Of a DNA stretch of 64,000 nt, positions 63,622-64,000 are shown piece by piece. Every line of letters starts with the position of its first letter. Positions within the stretch are counted from its first letter, which is position 1. The notes beneath the pieces are model-generated. The model had not been told where the DNA came from, ran no database searches, and saw only the letters and a list, made by a program, of their open reading frames with translations. Source of the stretch: Octopus vulgaris (lineage: Eukaryota). The stretch is from positions 114,080,001 to 114,144,000 of the forward strand of contig OX597817.1 of the NCBI GenBank assembly GCA_951406725.2, in the 5' to 3' direction. A program made the position numbers and the translations under genes.

Positions 63622-64000
63622 ATAAATAATATATGGGCTTCTTTCAGTTTCTGTCTGCAAAATCTACAAGGCTTTGGTTGGCCTGGGGCTATAATAGATG
63701 ACACTTGCCCAAAGTGGTCTGGCAGTGGGACTTAAACTGCAACAATCTGCTTGGGAAGCAGTGGTTTATCCTGTGTGTGTGTGTGTGTGTGTGTGTGACA
63801 CAACATCCTCAGCTTTAACAGATCACTTTCTTTGCCCTGGGCACCTTTCCTAGGTTCTACCTCTTGTATTTTTTTCTCCTTTATCCCAAATCTCTCTATA
63901 CTTTCTGTGTTGCTTACCATTGAAAGCCTCTCCTTTTCACACGCATATATACATGCCCAGTTATACATACACACATGCACGTATCAAACCATTCTCAACT

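Overview
AT-rich, repeat-saturated eukaryotic non-coding DNA (intergenic or deep-intronic). The combination of tRNA-headed SINE families, very abundant (TA)n/(CA)n/(ATC)n microsatellites and TTAGGG repeats strongly suggests an octopus (coleoid cephalopod) genome; this is inferred from memory of the repeat families, not from a database search. I find no intact protein-coding gene: nearly all ORFs in the track are translations of microsatellites or SINEs. What can be supported: dozens of SINE copies in several families (my own labels A, M, B, C/D), often nested with visible target-site duplications; RTE-type LINE 3' remnants; mariner and Tc1 relics, one with both TIRs; two TTAA/piggyBac-type MITE families; Helitron elements, including a PIF1 helicase fragment; a TIR-bounded element carrying interstitial telomeric repeats; minisatellites; and several local duplications and palindromes. 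The most notable signals are a back-to-back pair of decayed minimal type I hammerhead ribozymes of Penelope-like type at about 43.77-43.87 kb, a set of (TA)n-associated elements with long fold-back ends, a 132-bp duplication bracketing a lone MITE terminus, and one isolated exon candidate. None of this demonstrates a new biological system. Coordinates were counted by eye and element boundaries are approximate.
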